64,000 bases of DNA from positions 64,001 through 128,000 of the forward strand of contig CAYHBD010000016.1 of assembly GCA_964354805.1 (NCBI GenBank), given 5' to 3'. Below, in pieces: positions 19,262-29,210 of this stretch. Both the position numbers and the translations under genes were made by a program. The notes under the pieces are model-generated. The model worked only from the letters and a program-made list of their open reading frames with translations, did not search any database and was not told where the DNA came from. The DNA comes from an uncultured archaeon (GTDB lineage: Archaea > Iainarchaeota > Iainarchaeia > Iainarchaeales > GCA-2688035). Positions within the stretch are counted from its first letter, which is position 1; every line of letters begins with the position of its first letter.

Positions 19262-21031
19262 TCAGCGCCCCTCCAGCAAAAATAACTCGCTTGCCTTCTT
19301 TGTTTCAGCAATTCCCCTAATGCCCCTTGCCGCAAGCTGCTGCAGGAAAATTGTTCGCTCTCTCCACTCTTCTTCAATCTTGTTCCTGCTCAAGCCTGTG
19401 AAGTCCTGCAAAATTTTAAGGTACTTAATTGGCGCGGTTGTTTTCTCAATTGTGTCAGTAACCGGATTCCGTTCAAAAATCGTCTGGGTTTGCGGGCTTC
19501 TCAGCAGAACACCGCTGACTTCGCTGATGTTTGTAATCCTCCTGATAGTGCCCCGCTTCTTGTCATGGATTTTGTGCTCAACCATTATGATGTCAAGCCC
19601 TGATAGCATTACCTCCGGCACACTCATTGGCGGGTTGGTAACACGCACAATTGTTTCCTGCGGGCTGTTTGCGTGAACTGTTCCCATGCAACCGTCATGC
19701 CCGGTATTGAGTGCGGTGAACAGGGTGAATGCTTCATCGTGCCTTACCTCTCCCACAATTATCCTGTCAGGTCTCATTCTCAGGCTGTTTTTTGTCAAAA
19801 TATCAAGCGTCAGCTCTCCCTTTCCCTCTAATCCCGGCGGCCTTGCCTCAAGCCTAATCCAGTGGCGCAAAGGCAGATTTAACTCTGCCGTGTCTTCGAT
19901 TGTTATTATTCTTTCCCTTTCCGGAATGAAGCTGGCTAAGCAGTTCAAGGTTGTTGTTTTCCCGCTTGAGGTTCCGCCTGCTATTAGAATGTTTGCCGGC
20001 TTTGCTCCCATTCCTTCAACGCAAAGCCACAGGAAGCCAGCAACCTCTGCTGAAATAGTGCCCAGGCTGATTAAGTCAATCATGCTGTAAGGATCCTTTC
20101 TGAATTTTCTTATTGTGAGCGTTGCGCCTTCAACCGAAGCCGGTGCAATTGTTGCGTTCACCCTGCTTCCATCAGGCAGCCTTGCATCAAGCAATGGGCT
20201 GCTTATGTCTACTCTCCTTCCAACCTGCCTTGCAATCCTGTTGATTAAATCAATTACTTCCTGGTCGCTGTAGAACTCTATGTTTGAGGTCATCATTTCG
20301 TATTCCCTGTGGAACAAGTAGACAGGTTTTCTCGGGCCAATGATCATTATTTCCTCCAAGTTGTCATCTGTTACAAGTGGGTCGATTATTCCATATCCAA
20401 CCATTTCCCTTACAACGCATTCAGCGTAGAATTCAAATCTTCTCTCCGGAATGTGCAATTCTGGGCTGTTCCGCAGGATTTCAAGGATTTTTTGCGTGTA
20501 AACAGCTTTCCTCTGCTCCGGCTCCCTGATTCTGTAGGGGGAAATCGTAATCAGTCTTGTTGCAGCCTCTTTTATTGTACTAATCACTGTTTTCTCTGCT
20601 TTTGTCGGCCTTGCAACCGGAACATAATAATAAAGCAACGACTTTCCCGGAATCTGGTAAATTTTCACATCCCCGTAAGCAGTGATTTCCTTTTTTTGCG
20701 CTGCCCTCTCGATCTCTCTTTCGACATCGCTTTTCTCCGGAACCTCTTCCGCTGCTTCCCGCTCCGCAACCACTGTTCCTATGGCCTCGCTTCCCTTTGC
20801 CTCCGCTGCAATTGCCGCGGCACCGGCTTCTTCGGCAGCTGTTTCCTTTCCGGCAATCTCTTCCAGCGCCTCTATTGTTTCCTCGCCTGGCGCTGTCTCA
20901 TCTTCGCCTGCCCTAAAGCTTTTTTCCAACTCTTCGCCAAGCGATGCAGCGGGCTTTTTCTGCTGCTCTTCCTTTTTCTTTTCAGCCTTGACTTTTTTAA
21001 TCAATTCAGCCAAGTAATCCTGTTCAGGCAT
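19262..21031 (-). CDS. CpaF/TadA pilus assembly ATPase
   Basis: DARLPDGSRVNA, GGTSSGKTT, RMRPDRIIVGEVR, NTGHDG. Confidence 0.95.
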   Translation of the reverse strand: MPEQDYLAELIKKVKAEKKKEEQQKKPAASLGEELEKSFRAGEDETAPGEETIEALEEIAGKETAAEEAGAAAIAAEAKGSEAIGTVVAEREAAEEVPEKSDVEREIERAAQKKEITAYGDVKIYQIPGKSLLYYYVPVARPTKAEKTVISTIKEAATRLITISPYRIREPEQRKAVYTQKILEILRNSPELHIPERRFEFYAECVVREMVGYGIIDPLVTDDNLEEIMIIGPRKPVYLFHREYEMMTSNIEFYSDQEVIDLINRIARQVGRRVDISSPLLDARLPDGSRVNATIAPASVEGATLTIRKFRKDPYSMIDLISLGTISAEVAGFLWLCVEGMGAKPANILIAGGTSSGKTTTLNCLASFIPERERIITIEDTAELNLPLRHWIRLEARPPGLEGKGELTLDILTKNSLRMRPDRIIVGEVRHDEAFTLFTALNTGHDGCMGTVHANSPQETIVRVTNPPMSVPEVMLSGLDIIMVEHKIHDKKRGTIRRITNISEVSGVLLRSPQTQTIFERNPVTDTIEKTTAPIKYLKILQDFTGLSRNKIEEEWRERTIFLQQLAARGIRGIAETKKASELFLLEGR

Positions 21032-21167
21032 ACATTAATCCAATAAGAAATAGGCATTCTATTATATAAACTTTTTTTATGCGTTTTGGGGGATGTCATT
21101 TGCAATTTTTAAAAAATTTAAATGATATTTTTTCAATTGAATTAAATTAGAATTAAAGCGCAATTGC

Positions 21168-22895
21168 CTATTTCTTTTCCTTTATTTCCAGCAGCAATTG
21201 TTCAATGAATTTTTCCACTTTCACCGGGCCGATTACTTTTCCGCTTCTCTCCCTCACAGTAACAGTGCCTTCTTTTTCCTCTTTATCGCCGGCAACCAAA
21301 ATGTAGGGAACCTTTTGCATTTGCGCGTCCCTTACTTTTGCTGAAACCGTTTCGGTTCTGTCATCCAGTTCAACCCGCAAGCCCGCTTCCCGCATCTGCT
21401 TTACTGTTTTTTCCGCATATGCTTTGTGCCTGTCCGCTATCGCAATCAATGAAACCTGCACTGGCGCAAGCCATGAAGGAAAAGCCCCGCCATAATGTTC
21501 AATCAGTATTCCAAAGAATCTTTCCATTGAACCGTAAATTACCCTGTGCAGCATCACCGGTCTTTTTGGCTTGTCATCCCTGTCAATGTAATGCAAATCG
21601 AATTTTTCGGGCATGCTAAAATCCAGCTGGATTGTTGCGCACTGCCATGTCCTGTCCAAGGCATCCCTAATATGGAAATCGATTTTTGGGCCGTAGAATG
21701 CGCCCTCGCCTTCCTTCACTTTGAATTCAATTTTTCTTTTCTGCATTGCGTTGCCAAGCGCCTTTTCAGCTTTCTCCCAAATGGCAGCGCTGCCCATCGC
21801 GTTTTCAGGCTTTGTGCTTAATTCAACATGGTATGGAAACCCAAACGTTTTGTAAAAGTGGTCAACCAGTTCAATTATTTTGATTATTTCTTCTTCCATT
21901 TGTTCTTCAGTGCAGAAAATGTGTGCATCATCCTGGGTGAATTTCCTAACCCTGAACAATCCGTTCAAGACCCCTGATTTTTCATGCCTGTGGACTATTC
22001 CCATTTCAGCCATTCTGATCGGTAAATCCCTGTAGCTGTGCCTTTTCGTTTTGAATATGAGGATGCCTCCAGGGCAGTTCATTGGCTTTACGGCAAAATC
22101 CTCATCGTCAATTTTGGTGAAATACATGTTTTCCTTATAGTGGTCCCAGTGCCCGCTCTGCACCCACAAATCTTTTCGCAGAATAAGCGGGGTGTTTACC
22201 TCAACATATCCGGCTTTTGCATGCTCTGCTCTCCAAAAGTTTGCAAGCTCGTTCCACACAATCATTCCTTTTGGGTGGATGAAAACGCATCCAGGCGCTT
22301 CAGGCTGCATGCTGAACAGGTCAAGCTGCTTTCCAAGCAGCATGTGGTTTCTTTTCTCAGCTTCCTCTTTCCTCTGCACCCACTGCTGCAGCATTTTTTC
22401 TTCCGGAAAAGAAATTCCGTAAATCCTCTGCAGCATTTTGTTTTTCTCGCTGCCCCTCCAGTAAGCGCCTGCAACCCGCAATAATTTAATTGCTTTAATC
22501 TGCTCGCTGTTTTCAAGGTGCGGTCCTTTGCACAAGTCAGTGAATTCGCCATTGGTGTAAATGGAAACCTTTTTTCCCGGCAATTCATTGATTAATTCAA
22601 TCTTGTATTGTTGCTCTTTGAACAATTCAAGCGCTTTCTTTTTGTCAATCTCTTTTTTTTCAAATGCCTGTTTCTCTGCAATTATTTCCGCCATTTTTTT
22701 CTCAATACACTGCAGGTCGTCAGGCGTAAATGGCCTGCTTGAGTCAAAATCGTAGTAGAAGCCCTCTTCAATTGAGGGCCCGATTGCGAATTTCACATCT
22801 GGAAAAAGCAGCTTTACGGCTGCCGCCATCACATGGCTGCTGCTGTGCCAGAAGTGCTGCCTGTCCTCTTCCTTGCTCCAGTCGATTTTGCCCAT
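21168..22895 (-). CDS. thrS: Threonyl-tRNA synthetase (bacterial-type)
   Basis: HSSSH, DLCKGPH, KPMNCP, FTQDDAHIF, GAFYGPKID. Confidence 0.97.
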   Translation of the reverse strand: MGKIDWSKEEDRQHFWHSSSHVMAAAVKLLFPDVKFAIGPSIEEGFYYDFDSSRPFTPDDLQCIEKKMAEIIAEKQAFEKKEIDKKKALELFKEQQYKIELINELPGKKVSIYTNGEFTDLCKGPHLENSEQIKAIKLLRVAGAYWRGSEKNKMLQRIYGISFPEEKMLQQWVQRKEEAEKRNHMLLGKQLDLFSMQPEAPGCVFIHPKGMIVWNELANFWRAEHAKAGYVEVNTPLILRKDLWVQSGHWDHYKENMYFTKIDDEDFAVKPMNCPGGILIFKTKRHSYRDLPIRMAEMGIVHRHEKSGVLNGLFRVRKFTQDDAHIFCTEEQMEEEIIKIIELVDHFYKTFGFPYHVELSTKPENAMGSAAIWEKAEKALGNAMQKRKIEFKVKEGEGAFYGPKIDFHIRDALDRTWQCATIQLDFSMPEKFDLHYIDRDDKPKRPVMLHRVIYGSMERFFGILIEHYGGAFPSWLAPVQVSLIAIADRHKAYAEKTVKQMREAGLRVELDDRTETVSAKVRDAQMQKVPYILVAGDKEEKEGTVTVRERSGKVIGPVKVEKFIEQLLLEIKEKK

Positions 22896-23009
22896 AACTT
22901 AAGAATAAGTTGCGCTTTTTATTTAAAACTATGGGGGATGGTGGATTGCTCTCCTTATCAACTTCTATTGATTGCTTTTTAATTAATTTTACAGCATAAC
23001 TATCAGTAT

Positions 23010-24242
23010 ATGATTTCTCCTAACCTGTGCATCAGGTGCAAGGGCAAATTGCTGTGTGGCTTGAGCTACTGCCAGATTCTGCGAAAGTACAGCGAGCAGA
23101 GCAGGGCGGTTGCCGAAATTAAGGGCAATCGCTTCACTGGGAGCAGCCCGCCAAGCATTTTTGTCAGCTGGGGCAACTATCCCAATGTCCAGATCGCTCC
23201 CCTAAGTCCTACAGCTGTGATGGACAGCGCTTTGTTTGATTCTCCGGAGAAATGGTTCGGCCTGCCCCAAGAGCAAATAGTTTCCTTCAGGGAACAACTG
23301 CTTAGGAGCAACAAGCGCATCAATGTGAATGCCGCATCAAAGCCTTCTTATGATTTGTTTGAGATGCAGCAGCTGGTTATGGCTGCAAAGCCGACAGCAA
23401 TTGACGTGCAGCTGGAGCGCAAGCCAGTTCCCTTTCTTTCATTCCACGAAAGCGTTGCACCGCTTGGGCCAAGCGCCCCCTTGGTTAAAATGCGTTTGGA
23501 AGAGAACCCGAAAATAAACAGAAAAGTTGACAAAGCGGTTGCCGATACTGATTTGAAATCAAACGATGCATTGATTTTTTTATACGATGCCGGCTTTCCA
23601 ATAAGCACTCTGCAAAAGCTGTTAAGCGCGGGCACGCTCGGCATTGGAAAGAACAGGAAATTTGTCCCAACCAGGTTTTCGATTACCGCTGTTGACACAA
23701 ATATTGGAACTGAGTTAATAGAGGAAATAAAAAATTTTCAGCAAATTGGGGAAATCCAGTTTTTTTCATCGGAATATCTTGGAAACAGGTTCTTTATTCT
23801 TTTAATCCCTGCTGCTTGGGCTTTTGAGAATTTGGAGGCATGGGTTCCTGGCAGCATGTGGTATCAGGAAAAAGACCCATCAAAGATTGCGATAATGCAG
23901 GACCACGAATTTTATGATGGGAGAACGGACTATGCGGCAAATGTTGAGGGGGCTTATTATTCTGCGAGGTTGGCGGTTTGTGAGTATTTAAAAAAAATAA
24001 AGAGACAAGCAGCAGTTCTTGTTTTTCGGGAGATTACTCCCGAATATAATATTGGGCTTGGGGTTTGGGTAATCAGAGAAACTGTAAGGAACGCGCTTTC
24101 AAAGAAACCTTTAACTTTTTCTGATTTAGAGTTGGCTTTGGCTCTTGTTGAAAGAAAATTGCAGACCCCCTTCAAGCTGTGGAAAAAGGAGAGCAAACTT
24201 TTAGATTTTTTGCAACATCAGCGGCGGCTTTCTGATTTCTGA
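23010..24242 (+). CDS. nreA: Nre-family PCNA-interacting DNA repair protein
   Basis: CIRCKG.LLCG..YC, GSSPPSIFV, VPTRFSITAVD, GAYYSARL, C-terminal PIP box QRRLSDF. Confidence 0.92.
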   Translation: MISPNLCIRCKGKLLCGLSYCQILRKYSEQSRAVAEIKGNRFTGSSPPSIFVSWGNYPNVQIAPLSPTAVMDSALFDSPEKWFGLPQEQIVSFREQLLRSNKRINVNAASKPSYDLFEMQQLVMAAKPTAIDVQLERKPVPFLSFHESVAPLGPSAPLVKMRLEENPKINRKVDKAVADTDLKSNDALIFLYDAGFPISTLQKLLSAGTLGIGKNRKFVPTRFSITAVDTNIGTELIEEIKNFQQIGEIQFFSSEYLGNRFFILLIPAAWAFENLEAWVPGSMWYQEKDPSKIAIMQDHEFYDGRTDYAANVEGAYYSARLAVCEYLKKIKRQAAVLVFREITPEYNIGLGVWVIRETVRNALSKKPLTFSDLELALALVERKLQTPFKLWKKESKLLDFLQHQRRLSDF

Positions 24243-25509
24243 AAGGAACTTTCCAGCCTGAGATTTCGGGGTTAAATATGTAAACTTCTCTAATTATTGT
24301 TCCAAATGATTTCTTTTTACCAAATTCTCTGCGTTCGGTTGAGATAATGTTTGCTTGTTTTAGAATATCCAAGTAGTGCCTTAAACCGTGGGCCCACCTG
24401 CCCCCAAAGCTTTTTAATTTTGCTTCTTTGGCTAAATATTCTGCAAGTTTATAACGGTGGGTTTCCTTAAGCTGCATTATAGCCAACAAAACTTTTTTCA
24501 AGGATACTTTACTGGCTGATTTATGTGGGTAAACTCTGTCAAAAATATCTATTGCGTCATTTATTGAATTAACTGCCCCCCTATAACCATTTATGGATTC
24601 ATACAATTTTAACCATTTCTCCGTTTGTGGTTCAAACAATTGCATCCATTTTATTGTTTCATCCTTTGTTAATGAATTGCTCCAAAACCGCCAATATCTG
24701 CCACTTTGCTTTTCCATTTTGTGAAACTTTACACCTGTTTGCTCCAGAATTTGACAGATATCCTCTTGAAATTTTTTACTTGCCACACAAAATTCCACCT
24801 GGTTTTTCATTCCAACTCCAGCTTCAAAAGTTAATGCCCCAAGCGCAAATGATTTCCTCAATTCAATGGTCGATTTTTTGATAATTTGAGGTTCATTTAC
24901 CGTGTAGATTTTATTTCCATTGCAAAACCCAAATATTTTATGAAGATACCGGCCAAATATTTTATTATTGAATGCAATCGCCCACTCGTGTTCACTTTTG
25001 CTGCGAGCAGCATAGCTTAATCCAAACTCTTTTTCAACCCATTTTCCAAACGCATCTATGTTAGTTTTATGTTCATCAGTAATGCAGAAGAAATTTCCTG
25101 CTAATGTGCCATCCGCTGCATGGGCGCCAGCAATCTTGCAAAGGTTTTTTGTTAAAACTTTCGGTGCTTTAACTACTTTCTCTGGTGGCTGGTTCGTTTT
25201 AAGGAATTCTATTTTCTTTTGCACAAAGAATCGTTTTTCAGGTTTATTCGCCAAATTTAGCAATTGTTCAATAAAAACTAAAGGATAAAACTCTTTTCTG
25301 AGATAAACAATTCTTTCGGCAGTTGGCTTGGAAATACCAAATTTTTTCATTAAGTGTCTGCAAAGCTTGGCTTTGCTCAATCCTCTTGCTGCAATCTCGT
25401 CTATCAATTCACCAAGCGCCTGTTTTAATTCTTTTCCTTTCCCTGCAATCCATTTTCTCGGCGCGTCATCCAAAAGGGGGTCATGTAATGTAAATAGGTC
25501 CAACTGCAT
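24172..25509 (-). mobile_element. Free-standing HTH-LAGLIDADG-wHTH homing endonuclease gene (copy 1)
   Basis: LCKIAGAHAADG and SFALGALTFEAG motifs; no intein termini; AT-rich; paralogous to 55440-56708. Confidence 0.82.
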
Positions 25510-25556
25510 GCAAACATTGTATTTGACTCTTTTTAAGCTCCTTTGGAAAGAGTGGA

Positions 25557-25634
25557 GTTCCGCTGCTGCTTAAAAAGGAAAGCGCTCTGCTTGACAGGCT
25601 GCTGCACCAGCGAACACAGGTACAGTTTTCGTAG
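25557..25634 (+). pseudogene. Displaced old 3' end of nre
   Basis: KKESALLDRLLHQRTQVQFS* versus KKESKLLDFLQHQRRLSDF* (12/19 identical, ungapped); no start codon. Confidence 0.85.
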
Positions 25635-25709
25635 GGCTTGTGCGACTTTTATTTTACACCACTTTTTTTAAAGTTGATTGGTGTGCTGTAATATTAGTGA
25701 ATAAAATCC

Positions 25710-26504
25710 ATGAAAGTATCTGATTGGTATTTTCTCCCTGCTGGCATCATTTGGATTATTTCAAGTGGTTTTTTGGTTTTGGTTGGTTCTTTTAGTGGGG
25801 TTGAACTTTTTTCAATAATGGCTGCGTTAGCTCTTTTGTGGCGGCATTTTTCAGAGCGGGTTAGATTGGGGTTAACCTCTAAAAAGAAAGCTCGGGCAGT
25901 TTTTGTTGTCATAGTGGTATTGTCTGTCGTATATATCCTAGTTCTTTTTAATTATGAAAACACAAGAACTCAAACAATACTTGATTTCGTTAAAACTAAT
26001 TATGGTTTAAACCTAAATAGTGCTAACGCATTAACCATATCAGATTGTACCACCGACCAATGCGTCCTTGAAAAGTCAGATGCGTTTTCAAGTTTTTGTA
26101 AAAGCGTTTCTGAGGATACCCTTTGTGAGAAAGCGGGCGTTACAGATTTTTTTCTATCTAATACTTGTGCACGGTTTAAAGCAAATGTTGGGTTTGCCTG
26201 CGTTTCTTGGATGCCTGAGACTATTAATGAGAAATGGGCATGTGGAAAAATAACAGACGTAAAACTGCGTGAAGATTGTATTTTCAAAGCTTTTGAAGTG
26301 CAAGGAGACCGCTCTTTATATTGTGACCGAAAAAAAGCAATTAAGTCCAGCTCTGGGTTTAGCGTGCTTGATGTAACCGTCGAAAAAGCAAGAGAAATCT
26401 GTTACCGCTTATTAGCTATGACCGCCAATGAGAGCAGTTTCTGTAATCAGATATCAAATGAAAGCGAAAAGATGCTTTGTGTTGAGATGTCGAAAATTCA
26501 ATAA
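25710..26504 (+). CDS. Hypothetical membrane protein with Cys-rich extracellular domain
   Basis: 3 N-terminal hydrophobic segments, repeated C..I.....C motifs. Confidence 0.7.
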   Translation: MKVSDWYFLPAGIIWIISSGFLVLVGSFSGVELFSIMAALALLWRHFSERVRLGLTSKKKARAVFVVIVVLSVVYILVLFNYENTRTQTILDFVKTNYGLNLNSANALTISDCTTDQCVLEKSDAFSSFCKSVSEDTLCEKAGVTDFFLSNTCARFKANVGFACVSWMPETINEKWACGKITDVKLREDCIFKAFEVQGDRSLYCDRKKAIKSSSGFSVLDVTVEKAREICYRLLAMTANESSFCNQISNESEKMLCVEMSKIQ

Positions 26505-26624
26505 AATATGCCCCAAAGCGCGATTTAACATACCACTTGGGATCACATCTTTTGCTGCCACTCTTTTTAGCAAACTTTAAAAACTTATTTTGCTTTATTT
26601 TCTGTATATTACTTGGTTTTTTTT

Positions 26625-27257
26625 ATGCCTGATTTTATTCCAAAAAAAGTTTTTTTAACGAAGGGCACCGGCATGCATAAAGACAGGCTGGCTTCTTTCG
26701 AGATTGCTTTACGCGATGCGGGAATTGAGAAATGCAACCTGGTTTACGTTTCTTCAATTCTGCCGCCGAATTTTGAACTGATTAGCAAAGAGAAGGGCGT
26801 CCAGTTTTTGAACGCCGGCCAGATTGTTTTCTGCGTTCTTGCAAGGACTGACAGCAATGAGCCAAACAGGCTTATCTCAGCGGCAATCGGGGTTGCTGTT
26901 CCAAAGGAAAAGCAGCAATACGGTTACCTCTCAGAGCACCATGCTTTTGGTGAAACAGCGCAGAAGAGCGGAGAATACGCTGAAGACCTTGCAGCAACAA
27001 TGCTTGCCTCAACCCTTGGAGTGGAATTCGACCCGGACAAGGCATGGGATGAAAGAAAGCAGGAATACATGGCAAGCGGCAACATTTTCAAAACAACAAA
27101 CATTTGCCAAAGCGCTGAATGCAACAAAAACGGGTTGTGGACAACGGTCATAGCGGCAGCAGTGCTGCTGCTGGAAGAGAACTCCCAGCCTAAAGCCCAG
27201 GCGCCAGAGCAAGAGCAGTTGCCAAAGCCTGCTGCAACTCCGCAATTGCCGCACTAA
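26625..27257 (+). CDS. pdaD: Pyruvoyl-dependent arginine decarboxylase
   Basis: [22 protein letters not shown] self-cleavage motif, YGYLSEHH. Confidence 0.93.
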   Translation: MPDFIPKKVFLTKGTGMHKDRLASFEIALRDAGIEKCNLVYVSSILPPNFELISKEKGVQFLNAGQIVFCVLARTDSNEPNRLISAAIGVAVPKEKQQYGYLSEHHAFGETAQKSGEYAEDLAATMLASTLGVEFDPDKAWDERKQEYMASGNIFKTTNICQSAECNKNGLWTTVIAAAVLLLEENSQPKAQAPEQEQLPKPAATPQLPH

Positions 27258-27303
27258 TTGTCGAAGAACGTCAATAAAAAATTTGTTAAATAAATTGTGC
27301 AAT

Positions 27304-27330
27304 TCAGCTTTTGAATCTCGTGAACTGTGC
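27304..27330 (-). pseudogene. Duplicate of rfcS 3' end
   Basis: AQFTRFKS* versus AQFMRFKS*, 25/27 nt identical, 66 nt apart. Confidence 0.75.
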
Positions 27331-27369
27331 TGGAATTGCAAAAACTGCTGTTTTTGTCAGCTTTAAATT

Positions 27370-28332
27370 TCAGCTTTTGAATCTCATGAACTGCGCAAGC
27401 AGCGCTTCAAGCTGGATTCTTTCATTCGCTCCTTCAACCATCCTGAAATTGTATTCCCCGATTAAGTCAACCAACGCGATTTTTGTTTTGTCAGCAACAT
27501 CTTTCTCATCTGCGTCCATTACTTCCCTGTACAACTGCAGCATTATGTCTTCTCCCGACATTCCATGCTCGAACAGCAGCTTGTCCAACAATTCCCTTGC
27601 CTGCAGGAACTTTCCTTTCAGTGCCAGCTGAATCATTTCCTGCACTTCTTTTGGCTTTGCCCTGCTGCTTACGTTGAATACAACTTCCTCTGTTATTTTG
27701 CTGTTCAACGCAGCGCTTGTCTGCAGAACATTTATTGCTTTTCGCATGTCGCCAATGCTAACGTAAACAATTGCGTCAACCGCATTTTTCTCAAGGTGCA
27801 GTTTTTCTTTCTCTGCAATTGACTGCAGCCTCTGCTGCATTTCTTTTGCAGTCAATGGCTTGAACCTGAACACAACGCAGCGTGATTGGATTGGCTCAAT
27901 TATCCTGCTGCTGTAATTGCAGCTTAAAATGAACCTGCATGTCCTCGTGTATTTTTCCATTGTTCTCCTCAGAGCCTGCTGGGCATCCGAGGTTAATGCA
28001 TCGCTTTCATCCAAAAAGATTATTTTGAAATCGCCGCCGAATGCAAGCGTTCTCGCAAAATCCTTTATCGTGTTTCTTACAACATCAATGCCCCTTTCAT
28101 CCGATGCATTCAGTTCCAAAAAATTCCTTTCAAATTGTTCGCCAAACAATTCTTTTGCCAACGCAACTGCAGCGCTGGTTTTTCCAATCCCTGCTGGCCC
28201 GGAAAAAAGCAGATTCGGTGAATTGTGTTTGCTTACATAGGCCTGCAGCCTGCTGATTATCTCCTGCTGACCAACAACGTCAGAAAGCCTGCTTGGCCTG
28301 TATTTTTCAACCCATGGAAGCTCGATTGCCAT
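27370..28332 (-). CDS. rfcS: Replication factor C small subunit
   Basis: PWVEKYRP, GPAGIGKT, ELNASDERG, AQQALRRTME, SRC. Confidence 0.97.
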   Translation of the reverse strand: MAIELPWVEKYRPSRLSDVVGQQEIISRLQAYVSKHNSPNLLFSGPAGIGKTSAAVALAKELFGEQFERNFLELNASDERGIDVVRNTIKDFARTLAFGGDFKIIFLDESDALTSDAQQALRRTMEKYTRTCRFILSCNYSSRIIEPIQSRCVVFRFKPLTAKEMQQRLQSIAEKEKLHLEKNAVDAIVYVSIGDMRKAINVLQTSAALNSKITEEVVFNVSSRAKPKEVQEMIQLALKGKFLQARELLDKLLFEHGMSGEDIMLQLYREVMDADEKDVADKTKIALVDLIGEYNFRMVEGANERIQLEALLAQFMRFKS

Positions 28333-28422
28333 AAATACCCGCACCAAAATATGTTCCTAGGAAAACTGTTTTAAACCTATTATTGCAATTATTAACTAAT
28401 CTGAGCGATTTGTTGATTTTAT

Positions 28423-29016
28423 ATGGGTGAAGGGGAAAAAGCCGGAGAGGAAAAGGGCGCTGGCCCAGCTTTTTCAACCAATCAATGGATTGTTGTTGGT
28501 TTTCTGTTTGTTTTGTTTTTTGTTTTGCTTAAAGTACTGAATGTATTAAGGGATGCGGCTAGTTCTATCCCTGTGTTGAACCTGTTTTTTCTCATCCCTG
28601 ACCCCTTCCAAAGCCCAATGTTTTTTGCTATGCCGATTGTGAGCTTTTTCATTATTTTTTTCATAATTGATTGGGCGAATCGCTATTTTGCCACCAAGCA
28701 CGCCTTGCATCCTGCCTTTATTTTATTGTTTTTTTTCCTCAGCTTTTTTGCATTCTATGTTGCGCTTTTTTGGTATCATACAGATTTTACCAGGGATAGC
28801 AACGTTAAACTTTTAATTTGCGTTTCAGATGAAATCGGCGGGCCTTTTGGAAAATGCTCTGATATAGCGAACGCATTAATCAAAGAAGGCACTTTTAATC
28901 AATACATTTTTATTAATTTCTGGGAAAGGTTGCATGCAAACGCTTTCATGTTATTCATCTGGGGCGGTGTATTCGGCTGGATAACGCGCTTTGCTGTTGA
29001 AAAAATCAAACTGTAA
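28423..29016 (+). CDS. Hypothetical membrane protein
   Basis: 197 aa, four hydrophobic segments. Confidence 0.7.
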   Translation: MGEGEKAGEEKGAGPAFSTNQWIVVGFLFVLFFVLLKVLNVLRDAASSIPVLNLFFLIPDPFQSPMFFAMPIVSFFIIFFIIDWANRYFATKHALHPAFILLFFFLSFFAFYVALFWYHTDFTRDSNVKLLICVSDEIGGPFGKCSDIANALIKEGTFNQYIFINFWERLHANAFMLFIWGGVFGWITRFAVEKIKL

Positions 29017-29185
29017 AAGCCTTTTTTTGCTTTTGCAAAAAAAAGCCTTGGCACAATGCCAAGCAATGAAACAAAAAACAAATATTCTTTAGCTTGGCAT
29101 TGTGTGGGAAAAATTGCCTTCGGCAAAGCTTTTTTTCTCACGAAAAAAGCCTTGGGAAAAATTGCCTTCGGCAAAGCCTTTTTTT
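29017..29185 (+). repeat. Cluster of double-hairpin repeat units
   Basis: AAGCC-T7GC.tttt.GCA8-GCCTTGG and twice GGGAAAAATTGCC.ttc.GGCAAAGC. Confidence 0.8.
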
Positions 29186-29210
29186 AATTCTTCTCTTCCC
29201 CAATTTTTTT

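Noticed and set aside
24172-25509. Endonuclease as part of an intein or intron
   Set aside because: It lies on the opposite strand to the host gene, has no Cys/Ser start or HN end, and the host reading frame is complete without splicing.
29017-29185. Possible CRISPR array from repeated GGGAAAAATTGCCTTCGGCAAAGC
   Set aside because: Only two copies, the spacer is itself a hairpin of the dispersed repeat family, and no cas genes are present.
29094-29210. N-terminal extensions in the ORF track (here and at 31501, 51050, 63931)
   Set aside because: They run through repeats or neighbouring genes; internal ATGs match the expected protein starts.
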